Source of the DNA: Paraglomus brasilianum
Taxonomy: Eukaryota
Assembly (NCBI GenBank): GCA_910592345.1
Contig: CAJVPI010000067.1
Coordinates: 1 to 62,045, forward strand
DNA: 62,045 nt
Direction: 5' to 3'
Below, piece after piece: positions 48,996 through 62,018 of the stretch. Under the pieces are notes generated by a model. That model saw only the letters and a list, made by a program, of their open reading frames with translations. It did no database searches and was not told the origin of the DNA. The position numbers were made by a program, and so were the translations under genes. How positions within the stretch are numbered: position 1 is the first letter of the stretch; every line of letters starts with the position of its first letter.

Positions 48996-51504
48996 TCAGT
49001 CCTGTTTCCGCCCCTTAATAAGTCGGTATGCCTCGTTGATAAACGGTCTTTCATACCAAGACCTACAAATGTAGAGCATTATAAGAATCTAACTATCGTA
49101 AGGAAACTGAATTAACCACGCATTGTGAACACCTACGTCACACCAAGCACGATGAGCGCGCAAACACAGCCAAGCCCAAAATGCCAAATCTTGGCATTTA
49201 AAGACATCCATCCAATTTCCTGATCTGACCAATAAGTGACCGCCCACCCAAGAGCAAAAGCCGTCACAACTGCTGGGCTCGGTATTAGATTCTTCAGTGA
49301 CAGCTGACGTTCCAACTCCGAAAGTACATTCCCACTGCGATTTTTTAAGAAATACTTGCGAATAAATCCCCAGCTCCAAAGAATACGCATTGACAAATTA
49401 AATATATTTGCTGCAACAAGGCCAATCGCTCCGAGCGAAAGTACACGCACGAATAATACGCCAGCGAGACAAAATCCTGCAGAAAATACCATCAACCAAT
49501 AGTTTAAAGACCCAAGAATTTCCTCTGAGGCCACGGCAGCTACGAATGCTTCCGTAATTCCGTTCACACCCATGACTGGAACATATAGGCAATAAAAAGA
49601 CAGCACCAGTGGTGCAGGCGACTCAATTGACCATCGAGCTCCAACAAGCAGATCAATAAATGCACCCGTATAATTTGTTCCAAAAGCAATGAACAATAGA
49701 CCTAGAAGCAGATGAAGCTTTATCGTAGTTGCCAAGATCTTTGCTGCTGTCAATAGCTGCTCTCGCGAAGATTCACCGATATCACTGACCGCAGCGTCTT
49801 TTGATTTGTCGACCTCGTTTTCTTCCGGTCTATCAACGCCTGCCAATAGTTTGGAAAAGAGAGTGCGACCCGTCTCCTCGAGCGGTTGAAAAAGTATGCG
49901 GACAATCAAACAGCCTATATGACACAGCAGAAATTGTTGTTAACGCGCTCTTATCAATTGTAATCTACAGAGGGTCGCCAATAGTCTCCGAACGATTTTT
50001 GGCTCAATATTAAACTTAAAATTTTTAATACTTAAAGCTTAAAAAATTTAAACTTTTTATTTAAACAGGGTCTGATCTATATTTCGTACTAAGTGATCAG
50101 TACTTCCATTTGCATCGAGCACGGCTTGAATTCGTTGTGGCATGCTATCAACCAAATTTTCGATAGTATGTCTTGCCATGCCTTTTTAACACATCGGTCA
50201 AGTTAATCCGATAACTGTCACCACCTTACGGCAATAAATTATTGCACCACCTTAATTCTCATTTTTCGTTGTTTTAGAGAATTAAGTTGATTTTAAGCTA
50301 AACCTCTACCTAACACGCTGTTTTTATGCTTGATTCATGTAAACAGGATCGCGAACGTCGCGCGGTATCTTGCCATTAAGTCACGTGACGTAACGAAACT
50401 TAATATTGGAGACTTTTTGGCGACCCATTGGAACCTTGCCTACCTACCGTAATTGACCACAAATGCATAGACACCCTGATCCTCGGCAGTACATAGCCAT
50501 GTTATTAGCATTTTGTCGCCTTCGGTTAGAATATGTTTTAACAGAGATTGTTTTGTAAAGGTTGTCGCCAAGCTAAGCAGATGGTCATCAAACCATTTTT
50601 GATATTCTCTATCATGGAAAATAAAACAACTTGAGTTATGGTACATGCCATCCATACGTACTGTAAATGCTATTCTCTTGCTGAATTATAACCAGTCTCC
50701 AAACATTAATTACCTATTGTTTATAGTGTACACAAGCCGTCTTGGTTTCAAAGTCTTCATATCCCAATGATTTACAAAATGTTCAATGTATCCAAACACC
50801 AACACCAAAGTATAAGCAAATTGAGCAACAGCAAACGCCAAGACGCCATATTTATTTTCCCCCTTTCCATCTGCAGGAGCGCCCATTAACGTCAACAACA
50901 AGGTAATAATACACCTCACAACTACGCCTACACCTTCGCATCGCACTCGGACAGTGAACATGAGATTATTAGTAGCAGCAATATATAACGGCTCAATGAG
51001 CAACTCTCCAAGGGCTGACAATCCATATAAAATCACGGAAGTTGTATAATACGGTGCCTCAATCGCCTCCTCTGTCGCAAAATACAGATAAAATACACAT
51101 GCGAGAACACTCAACACGACCCCAAAAGGAATTGAGACATAAGAGAGATTGGTAATTTTCTGTATCACGCCTTTGCTAGTGTTGGCGTATATACGATCTT
51201 GTCGTGCTGCTTTCTCTGACTTTTTGTCATTACTTTCTCGAACCGTTGCATCTCTGAGTAGCGCACACCGAAAGCCCTCGCGAGAAAGGAATAGGATAGT
51301 AGCCAAGAGCAATTCCAGCTGAACGGCAGCTATCCCGAATGTCCTTGGGTTTGTATATCGGAGGATAACCTGATGCAAAGCAAAAGTTAAAAGTCTACTG
51401 AGTAGTTGTAGCAAGACGAGATAATACGCGCCCTTTGCAGAAGACTTTAAAATGTCATCAGGGGAAGGACCAGAAGCCGATTTATTCTTACACTCGGACT
51501 TCAT
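48996..51504 (-). CDS. RFT1: Man5GlcNAc2-PP-dolichol translocation protein Rft1, 4 exons
   Basis: LQLLSRLLTF, QLELLLATILFLSREGFRCA, QSLLKHILTEGDK, QGVYAFVVNYG|CLIVRILFQPLEE, GVNGITEAF; last exon SWYERPFINEAYRLIKGRKQD* (49062-48996). Confidence 0.95.
49968..50430 (-). mobile_element. Internally deleted Tc1/mariner element inside RFT1 intron 2
   Basis: TIRs TA|CAGAGGGTCGCCAATAGTCTCC and GGAGACTTTTTGGCGACCC; the minus strand at ~50160-50100 encodes NLVDSMPQRIQAVLDANG, the Tc1 transposase C-terminal motif. Confidence 0.85.
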
Positions 51505-51779
51505 GTTAGGAATAATGTTATGACAGAGTTGTTGTCGACCTGGTGGCTAGATAATTACAGTATTAAGAGAGTGGTCTTTATTTAGTTAAAAGGGAGTTTT
51601 GTAACCAGTTCCAGAGTAACCAAAACGGGCAATCGATGATATAATATCGATATAGCAAGTGCATATGATAATAATAAACATGTCGATATTACGTAATAAC
51701 AACCCATTTGGTATAACGTAACTTTTTTTGCAAAAACAAAAAAAATTTATCAATCGATTTTATTGTCGCATATTTAAAA

Positions 51780-52599
51780 ATGTCAACAATAGACTCTACA
51801 ACAACAACAACAACAACAACACCATCAACTGAATCATCTAAAGATCTACCGACAGCGTCTAATGAGCCTGCTGCACCAACAGATCAGATACAGTCGGAAG
51901 AAGACTCGAAAGGAGCATTCGATCCGGAAACGGGAGAAATAAATTGGGACTGGCAAATATTGCAATTGGTGTTTTTTTTTGTTCGTGCAATTACGATCAC
52001 TTCCCGACTAACTTGACTTTCCGTTCACTGTTATGTGACGTCTCTCGCTCAGTCCCTGTTTAGGTGGAATGGCTAAAGGACCATGTGGAGAGCAATTTAA
52101 AGCTGCATTCTCGTGCTTTATATTTTCGACTGCTGAGCCCAAAGGGGTGGACTGTCTGGAGCAATTTAAAGAGATGCAAAGTTGTTTTCGTCAGCATCCT
52201 GATGTCTATGGAGATGGTAAGATAAACTATGGATATAAGACCTGTCGTAAATACGGTTTGACATTGGAATCTCATTTATCGTGAAAAGAACTAGAGGATG
52301 ATGGTGAAGAAGAAGGTGATGATGATGAAGATGATGACGATGACGATGATGAAGATGACGATGACGATGATGACGACGATGAAGGTGACGATGATGAAGA
52401 TGATGATGATGAAGAAGATGATGATGATGAAGATGATGAAGATGATGACTTTGAGGAAGAGTCGGAGAAAAAGGAATCAAGCGTAAGTAAGAGTAATGCG
52501 CAGTTTAATAGAACTCGCCGTAATTGATCTTTAAACTCATCTGTTTTTAACATGATTTGACAGCCGTCAGAAAAAGACAATGTTATAGCAATAGTGTGA
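51780..52599 (+). CDS. MIA40: Mitochondrial intermembrane-space import oxidoreductase Mia40 (CHCHD4-like), with poly-acidic tail
   Basis: [67 protein letters not shown] (CPC plus twin CX9C). Stop at 52599 if the last intron is spliced, 52527 if not. Confidence 0.93.
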
Positions 52600-54344
52600 C
52601 TATAACTGTTAAAAGTGTCGTTTCGAAAGATTGTATACAGATTATAACGTCCTATGTCACTTTCGCATCGAGTATACAGACGGTTTCTTGTTACTTTATC
52701 GTTAATACCGATATGTGTTTCTTCAAGCTTAGTGGGGTAATATGGACAGGCACCAGGACAATAAACAGCTTTTTCTTTTAAAAAACAACAGGGTAATCGA
52801 GATACGTATATAAAGAAGTAAATAAACGTACAAAGAACCAAACATTACTGATCCAGCTAGACATTCCGTCCTCGTATAAACTAATTCATTCGAAAAAATG
52901 AGTAAAGCTAAGACTGGCTTTAATAAGTCGATGTATGGGTAAATCTCACATTCCGAAGAACAAAATTACGTATTTTGTCTGCATTAAGTCGTCCTGTATT
53001 TGTCTATTCATTCGATTCCTTTTATATGATTTTGCTGCTACTAATATTGAGTTGAAAAATTGTGCAACATTAAACCACTCTTGTAAGCGACGGGAAAGCG
53101 AGAGTTTGTAAACCAATGATACGAGTACCCCCCGGGTAATACATATATTTATTTTATAGGCGTATAAATTAACGAATATTGTGGAATTTGTTATCAACAA
53201 TAATATAGAATCGCACAACAGTACCTCAATGCAAGAGGATGTAAAGCAACGGTAGATTATCGTTCGTCTAGACACGTGACAGAACACTGGCTTTATAATA
53301 AGTGTTACATTAACCGCCTGCATGCATTCAAACGCGTGATTCCCGAAGGTCATGACTTTACTGACTACAGTAAAAGGTCCGATATTCAGAGGAAGATTTC
53401 CACGTTTTTTAGAAATAGGTTCTCATTCATATTACGTGCATATTTCTCACGGAATGTTTACATCAAAACATTGCTGACATAATGTGACCCAGAGTTATGT
53501 TCCATCATTCCAAACCCGTGTTGCTGAGACCATTTTAAGCGTTCTGAAATAATGCGGTCAAAATATTCACACATTTAAAAGTGGGAGACGAACTTTGAGC
53601 TAATTTTAATTTTAGTAATTCAGGTTATACGACTAATATTGTAGAACTTTGATTGCGCAATCTAACTTTATTTGAGATATCTTACATTTTTAAGCAATTA
53701 TTATTATCCGCATCTACGTCTTTACGCCGAAGAATTCTATTCCGAGTCGCATATCCGTGTTCTGTCAATGATCTATAATGAACTAGAAGAAATTTATACA
53801 AGTGGTACTTTATATTAGGTTCAACTTTTGTCGATTACATTTTAATTGGCATAATACGAATCTGCAACCTTTTGCGATAATTCGGACTATGAAACATCAG
53901 GGCCCAAATACAAATAACCCTTTCGGTATATATCTGTTGGCTCCGTTGATATCGGATTGGTGTTCAGAATAAAACGGCACTTGTCTAGACTTGATTATAA
54001 AGCTGCCATGTGATATAAATTCTCTCTGTTGATTGTTCTATACGCATCTTTAGTAAAGAGACGATAATTTCGACTCAATATAAAATTCCGCGTCGCGTTG
54101 CGCAACATCGAAATCCATGTGGGGTTTATCTTTTCACATTCTTGGAAACTATTTAATCCGAATATTATTAATTTTATTTAGTAAGTAAAAGTTTGCACAG
54201 CATGTATAGTAATTACAAAAAAAACTAGAAATACACTGATAACATGTAGGGAAGGTAAAGTGTTCTCTATTAAAGGATCACAGTCTGACCCATCTACAAA
54301 ATAACCGAGTTCCAAAAGTCTTTTGTTTGTTATCTTAATTTGAA

Positions 54345-56078
54345 CTACGAGTTACTTCTATACTTTGCACTGAGAAGATCTTCATAACTTCGAGCTTCAG
54401 CTATCGAATATCCATCATCGTCGTCGTCCAGTGTCATAATGCTCAGATCATCTGATGACATATTGTTAAATCTACTCGTATATGAGGAATGATTATTATC
54501 AGGAATCTGATTGTCAATGATGATATCTGGTGTAAATGGTGGTAGACTGTCTCTCTCAATCACCGTGCTGTCATTCTTTCGCTTCCGTGCAGTTGAATTG
54601 CGGTTTGAGATGGGATACGGCGAATTATTATTGTTGTTATTATTATTACTATTATCATTATTGTCCTCATTTGAATCTACGTTGGATTCTCCTGTCCTTC
54701 TATCAGCCGAATCCCACAATACAGGACTCAGAGGAATGCCGTCTTTGGTAACTTCTGGTTCTTCAACATCCTTTGGATCTTCTTTGGCCTCACTCAGCAA
54801 TAATACACCGTATATCAACGTGCCAATACCAAGCATGACTACAAATATTGCCCAGGCTGGGGTTTTGGATAATTCGTCGAGATAGATCATCGAATTTATC
54901 AGTCCCATTGCAGTATAGAAACCGAAAAAGATGGGGACAACCAACACAGAATCGTGCAACTTTAATGCAGTATTAAGACAATATATCTGCAACAAGGAGA
55001 AGAGAGTGCGGATTTAGAGATATGGCAATAGTATTTATTCTATTCAACGAAGCCATTATCTTGTTACCAACCTGAAGGACAGCGGTGACCACCAGTCCGA
55101 TGATGATAAACCAACTCAAACTATCAGTGAACTGATTCTCAATCGTCAAAGAATTGTAAAAGAGTTTTACTCTGTAGAAAATTCAGTGCAGTTGGTCAGT
55201 ACGAGTAGTAATATATAGATAAACTGAATCAGAAAAAACCCGGTTTAATTACCCGCTCTTTGCTAACAGCAAAGTCTGACTGGCTATCAGCCCACCCACT
55301 CCAGCCATCGTCATGCCTACAAATTTCTTCAATCGCATGGTATGTATTCCATTAAAGAAGGTGTGATGTCGCTTACGCCGGTCATCCTTTACGATGTAGT
55401 AGCCATAAAGAGCGAGACCAAGCCATGTAATCGTGATTATCTCTAGTACGGAAAAATATGCAACAAAGAGAGATCGAGTGAAAAGACCTTTCAACTTGTC
55501 GAGCGTAAGGTCTTCCTCTAAAGACAAAGAGGATTGTAAAATTATCGTGAGACATCTTGGAGAAGAAAAGTCAAGAGTAAAAATGTTAGGGAAGCGCATG
55601 CTTACCGGAATCGTCCGAGCCCTGTCCACCAAACACTACGATCCATACTACGCTGATTATAACGACAACAGTGCCAATGATATCCTGCTTTGTAATGCGC
55701 GTGCCGACCAGCACTCGTGCAAATACAAAGTTGAAAATGAGTGCAACCGACCCGAGCGGAGCGACCCATTGCGCTTTCAAAAAGTCTAAAGACAAGTTGG
55801 ATTGAGATTAGTATTTGGTGTTTATTGTAAATGGTATCAAGCCTTTTGACAATCTTACATAGTGCAATCGTGCTTCCAAACAGCTGACTGAGGACGTAAA
55901 AGTATAAGCCGACATGCCACAAAGGACGACCGCATTCATTACGTTGATGCTCCGCCGGTTGTTGAGAGTTTCTTGTGTGGTCTAGGTTTAGCAAGTTCAG
56001 GCCGGCAGCGTTCATTATACTAGCAATTACGGATACCAGAATACCAACGATAAACGAAATCCAAGTAGTGTCTGCCAT
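54345..56078 (-). CDS. NIPA-family (DUF803) magnesium transporter-like membrane protein, ~5 exons
   Basis: GILVSVIASIMNAAGLNL, RPLWHVGL, VAPLGSVALIFNFVFARVLVGTRIT, GLIASQTLLLAKSG, LQIYCLNTALKLHDSVLVVPIFFGFYT. Confidence 0.9.
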
Positions 56079-58126
56079 GGTGCCAAGATCTGTGTAAACG
56101 GAGAGAGAGGAGAGGCAAAGAGGAGGGAGAGGAAAGGAACGAGGAGGGTATTGAGCTAGTGGGTAGTAGTAAAAGTGGAATAGTTTTTTTTTTCTATCGT
56201 AATCGTAATGTGTGTAAGGAATGACTGATAATAAACCTAAATACCAAAAATAAAATTAATATTTATATATTAAATTCGAAACACGAGTCCCCCCTTCCTA
56301 ACGGAGTAACATATTGACAAAACAAGATTTAAAAGATTGCCCTTACTTTGGGAGGGAGAAAAGAGGCCTGCGTCTACAAAACAAAGAGACAAAAAAGCAG
56401 ACTTATTTTATCAAAGTAACCGGAAAAGTGACATCCGCAAACTGCGTAGTTGTAGCAGCTGTATTAGTGTTAGTATGTAGTAGTGCATAATATAAATAAT
56501 AAAAGTCAAAATTGCATTACAGACGCATTTGTCAAAAACGAGCTTTATCTGGCTTTAGCGCAGTAGAAATAAATACATTGTCCGGAAAAATTCCATTTAT
56601 GCTCGACCAATGGTGGTTGCATGCTGCAGTCACAGAGCTTTCGGAATAAAGATCACAAAAGTAGAAATTCGTTATAATAATAGATAGTAACAATGTTTTA
56701 ATAATAACAGTAAGATTCGTACAGAATAAGCGTATTTAGCACTTGGTATCACTACACAGCTGACACCAATGATAATATGGTCACTGTCATGGTACAACAT
56801 CGAACGATCGTGTCACCGGACGATAACCCGAGTTTTGATCTTATTTGTTGTTTTTATTATAATTACAAAGCACGTCCTCGGTATCGTGCAATCCAAACTG
56901 CGCGATCTAATCTGCGAGATGAGCAACGTCGATTGCAACACAACAGAATCATTTGATCCAGAGAAATTGTAATTGCAAGACAACTCAGCTTTGATGGCAT
57001 AAATGACATGCATAGGGGGGTTTGGCATTTCGTAATTAAATTGTTTAAAACTCATTCATGACCAATTAATTTAATTTGTGATTACTATTACAAACAAGCG
57101 GGGTGTAAAGAGGTGGACGGCTTGCTTTATCCATCAGCCACCGACATTGTGAGGCGAGTGCTGGCCAAATGTGTTCTTGTCAAAGAAAGCGTACATATAC
57201 AGTACAATATATACAATATACACTGATATGCTTGTTTGCCGTAATACAGCAGGTAATGACAATTCGCCTCTGCCATTGTATGCATATAATGACAATCATC
57301 ACCGCATGTGCTGCTTAAATCGAGCCTTACTTTCAATTCGAAATACAAGGCAAGGGATACTCGATATTCAATGTAAGTATTCCTCGTTGTAGGACATTCT
57401 ATCCGTGGTAATAATAATAATGATCATTTCTTGGTTGCACGACGAAATAGAAAACCCATTCTTGTATGGACAGAATTGGAAACTATATAATGACCATTGA
57501 AAGCTTGAATGATGTGTAACTTATCGTATAGTGAAAGAGTCTTTGTTCAAAAAAGAGCAGGAGGTTTACTTATTAGCCATATTGGTAAGTCATGGCGCAT
57601 TACTAAATGAACACTTAATATCAATGGTCTGCATATTACACCAAAAGATAGGTAACGTATGCGAGTTCTTTCATGGTAATTGGTCAAGCTTTGGTAAGCG
57701 ATCCCGTTGACAGGTTATGGGAAAAGCTAATAAAGAGTTTGCCAATAATGGTGTCATAGTGGGCGATGAGATAAAAAATTCTATATGCGCTGGCTACTTT
57801 ACCAAGCGTGTAATCGAACTCATCCACATATGACGCCTTTTTCCATAAATTAGTATACCATATGCGATACGCGATATAACGAAGCGAAGAATTACAATAG
57901 CATGAGAATTTAATGGTTACATTACCGTCGCAAGAATCGAGATGCGAACAAACCGGTATAGATTTTATTGAAATCCCGTATACCTGTAATCTTCTACCCT
58001 ACATCCGCCATACATTAGTAGAAAGGGTTATTATTCTTTATTGCAGAGCAAAGGCACCAGCGTGCCTCAAACATAAATATTAACCAATTTTCTGCCAAAA
58101 TAACAACTTTTATTATTAGCAATAAA

Positions 58127-58875
58127 ATGTCGCGTAATAAACACCATCCACTTGCTTTACCCGAAACCGAAATTTTTGCATACCTTGCTGTCGATGAAGC
58201 ACCATATCCAACGTTATTCGTCAATCAGCCTGTTGTTATGGATTTTCCACTGAAACGATTGCATCCGAACTTAGTACACCTCAGATTATACAAGAATGGA
58301 TTAAGGCACCATGAGCATTACCAGAAATCAGTGATAAAACTCTGCAAAAAATAATATAGGTGGTCCCGGAATTACTAAAGGAAATTGCTGTGAATATATA
58401 ACTGATAACGGAATATGTGAAATTGCAGATTTACATCCAACTTTTCTTTCGAGGGTGGAAGGCGCGAATTTGACGAAAGTGTTTCTGGGATTAGTAATCT
58501 TTCTATAACAAATTATGTTTCAAATTTCAATATTTTAATATTTCTGAACGGGAATATATAACTGATGTGTCTATTTGTACATTAGTTCAATTGTGTCCTA
58601 CTTTGAAAGAACTTATTCTTAGAGGATGTAATATTACCGACATATCCACTAATGGGATTATAAATTCTTGTCGTAATCTTCGAAAGCTCGATATCGGATT
58701 TTGTGAACAGATTTCAGGAAATCCAACCGCGGCTATAAAAAGAGCCAATCCCAAAATTAAAGGGCTTCGGCTCTATTCTCAAATCTTACCTGGAGCGATG
58801 TTGCAAGCTTTGCTTCCTCTGTATGCACCAGTCAGAGGCCGCGTAAGCGGCTTTGCAAATAACAATAATCTATAA
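58127..58875 (+). pseudogene. Decayed F-box/LRR gene
   Basis: MSRNKHHPLALPE.EIFAYLAVDEAPYPTLFVN (F-box-like, similar to the 12892 relic) and LRRs LCPTLKELILRGCNITD...SCRNLRKLDIGFCEQIS; broken frame between them. Confidence 0.7.
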
Positions 58876-59559
58876 AATTAATTATATACTTCTTGACAGA
58901 ATAACTTTATTACTTATTCTAACACTCATTCGAACTCTGTTAAATAGAATGAGCAAAGCTCAGAGTCAAACTCGTATAAGCTTGATAAGTGCGAAATGTT
59001 CGTTTATTGTATTGACGAGTGTAAGAATGCAGAAAGATTTAACGGTCTCAATTCGACTCCCCAAATGCCTCCCTTCCCAAGCTCGGGAATTAGGAATTAA
59101 TGCACACCCTCCATATTCTACATTGCACGGGTTTTTTTCGTTTCCCACTATATGAGTTTCACCCTCTCTATGCACGCCCGTGGATTTGCACAACAATAGT
59201 GGTTTGAAACGGATACAAAAGACAGTGAATAAGTGTTACATATAAATATTACAGTAATATGCGTTGTTATTATTATGCTGACAATGAAAGAAATCTTTAT
59301 CAACTTCTAAGTGAATCATGATGCAGACGTTATCCGCCCTTCGTCTTTATGTGGGGTGTGCTGCAACAAAACCAGACAAAGTGAACATTCGATGTCACTT
59401 GGTATTTTTTTAAAGTTTTTAATTACTCTCTTATTTTCAAGAAATTAATGTCGTTATTGATTTCAAACGGGAAGTCTCAACCCAAATATCATCACTTGAT
59501 TTCTCCGATAATGGCATACAGACTGCTACACCAGTTTTCTGTCACTAAAACATATTTCT

Positions 59560-61772
59560 TTATACCTCTGGCGTTCTGAGCTCCTTACAGGACCACAGCA
59601 TTTCCATGGCAGCTTCCTCAATCCTCAGTAAGGTTGCATTCAGCTCATTCAATTGTTCCTGTTTTAAGGTAGTGTAAACATTATCGTTATGAGCCAATGC
59701 AACAAGAATGGTCAGGAAATGTGATGTGATTCTTACCAGTAAACTTAACATGACATATACAATTTTTGCAATGTGGTGAATTTGTGAGACATTTCTTGGG
59801 ATTGTGAAGTGTCCAATATCATTCTGAATATAGGTATTATAAGCAGGCAGTTGTAGCTGGTGTACAAACCCCTCAAATCCTAAATAATGCAAATTTCTTT
59901 AGCATTTTTCAGATAACAATTAGCATATTTAATATTAAGGCTACAATTACCAGTCATGCGTAAACCATAAGAGCAAAGAAGCTTTGTATCCTTTTCCCAT
60001 GCACCATTTGGGAGACCCCTGATAAGTTCATCCAGGCAGTCTTTGACAGTCTGGGAGCCCTTCTCTGCATCATCAGCAATAAGTATTGCATCCCGTGGCC
60101 CTTTGTTCTCTCCAATCAAAATTTCTTTGCAGCTGTTTTGTAATGTAACTACCAGATCACATTTACTGCCATGCTGTAAGCATTTTGCATCAGGATCGTG
60201 CTGCAATAGACATCTATTCCTGCTGGCTACAGAAGAGCTGTCTCCATATTGCAGCTTGTGATGGCAGGAATCACGAAATATCTTCAGAATTGGAGCCAAG
60301 CAGTTGATTACAAATGTTTCTTCAGTCTGATCTTCTTCTAGGATATTGTACTGGTTCTGAAAGATGTCAAAGCTATATTACCAATAAGGAGAATAATTAA
60401 GGAGAACAAGAAATCATGTACATATATAAGTGGAATCTGCTTACAAATAACAATAAAGTTCAAATATATATTTCTGAATGTTGAAGTTCACTTCTTGTTT
60501 TGAGAGTTGTGATAGCTGACAAAGACAGTATTGCCACAACTGAAAACATGTTGTCTGTACACCAATTGTGGGATTGGACTGAGAGCCTTTTGCAGCTTTG
60601 TATTGATTAACAATGTCTTGTATGATATTACTAGCTAGTGGATACCAAGAATATGATTGGATATTTCTAGGCTTCATGTTCAAGGTTTCAATGAGGCTCC
60701 TCATCTGGGATTCTGTTGGATTCATAAACTTTATAAACTCAGATTTTGGTGTGCAATCAGCAATAATGCTAAGTGCACTAAAAGCAAAGACAAAATTCTG
60801 GTATAAGTCTTAATGACACATATTGATGGAGATATAATAATAATAGTTTGTTACTCACAGTCGTTCACATGAAGATAGATATTTATCTTTTTTGGACAGA
60901 ACTTGGTTACGATACTCTTCCAGACATTTTGTGACATTTAAGCCTTTTATAATCAGCTGTTTTAGAAAATTACAATCAATATTAATATAAACACAAGTGT
61001 TGTCAACAGCTTAAGCATTCATTTATAACTTACATCATGTTGGGATGTACGTGTATTAGGTATAGTAATAGGGTTAGTATTAGAGATAGAGGTTGATCTG
61101 ACTGATTCTATTTCATAATTTCTACTTTGCTGACTGGTTAATGCTGCCTCTGAAGATGATTCAGAAGATGACTCCCTGAGAACTGGCTGCTCATTTGAGC
61201 TCTTCCTTTTTTTGATTTGACGTTGGAATTCTTCTGGAATATCCTGAAGTTTGGCGTTGACAACTAGACTTGCAGCAACACTTGATTTCACATTCATAAT
61301 TTCCTGCATAATTTCAAGAATACATTTCAGAACTCATAACTGGTGTGTTAATAGGAATTGATGTATGCAACATACCATTGATCCTTGGAGTGCAGTTTGT
61401 TCATGCCAAAACTCAAACAGCCAAAAAGTATTTCCCTAATGAAATAATTTGATAAAGCTTAGCTAGGTTATGGTTTCTATTTCATTACTGTTCAGATTAT
61501 ACCTTAGCGCGCTCAATGAGTTCCCTTGCATCACATTTGGTATCCTTAGGAACCTCTAGATCATCACTTATGACCTTCAAGGAGCTTATGAACTTCGCTT
61601 TTGCAGCCTCCCAAGACTTGAATTGTGAGATTTCAAAATAGTGGCGAACATTGCCCCAGTTAGAAACAGCCTGGTGAAAGTGGGGATGGACTAACTTATC
61701 CCATTTACGGATAAGATTTCTGGATGGGCGAAATTCGGGTAGAATTATATCGAAACTTATAGTCTCGGCCAT
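59560..61772 (-). CDS. Multi-exon protein with C-terminal PD-(D/E)XK restriction-endonuclease-like domain (Crinkler/REase-type)
   Basis: Eight exons splice in frame at GT-AG junctions; EETFVINCLAPIL...SVASRNR...GSKCDLVV.....EILIGENKG...DDAEK...KDCLD...YGLRMTG. 3' end uncertain. Confidence 0.6.
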
Positions 61773-61829
61773 GAGAGATAATTGATGGATTACGCGTTAC
61801 GCGTTTCAAATGTTACGGCAAGTGAATCA

Positions 61830-62018
61830 GATAAGTAAGTCACATGATAAAATCTTCCTCCGCAGTCAGCAAACCCATCGACTTTAGCTTAGTAATACAA
61901 AAGTTAAATTAGTAAAGGCGTGTCGAAAAATCCGCAACGGGCGCAATAATAGCAAAACGTTTCGAAAAATAATTAGAAATAGTTGCGTTTTTCCGCAACA
62001 GCACAAAATACTATAATT
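61830..62018. repeat. Dispersed non-coding module, copy 2 (homologous to 42615-42785), just upstream of the REase-like gene
   Basis: GATAAGTAAGTCACATGATAAAATCTTCCTCCGCAGTCA...TTAGTAA...TCGAAAAATC...CGAAAAAT...CACAAAATACTATAATT. Confidence 0.85.

Noticed and set aside
52166..52841. Poly-Ser, poly-His and Met-rich ORFs
   Set aside because: Alternative-frame and antisense readings of the Mia40 acidic tract.
57420..57833. Plus-strand frame whose only stops are TGA (possible second code-4 fragment)
   Set aside because: It also uses TGG three times, contains GTAAGT/GTAAGC donor-like sites and lacks Mollicute-like composition; CGA>TGA decay or chance is equally likely.
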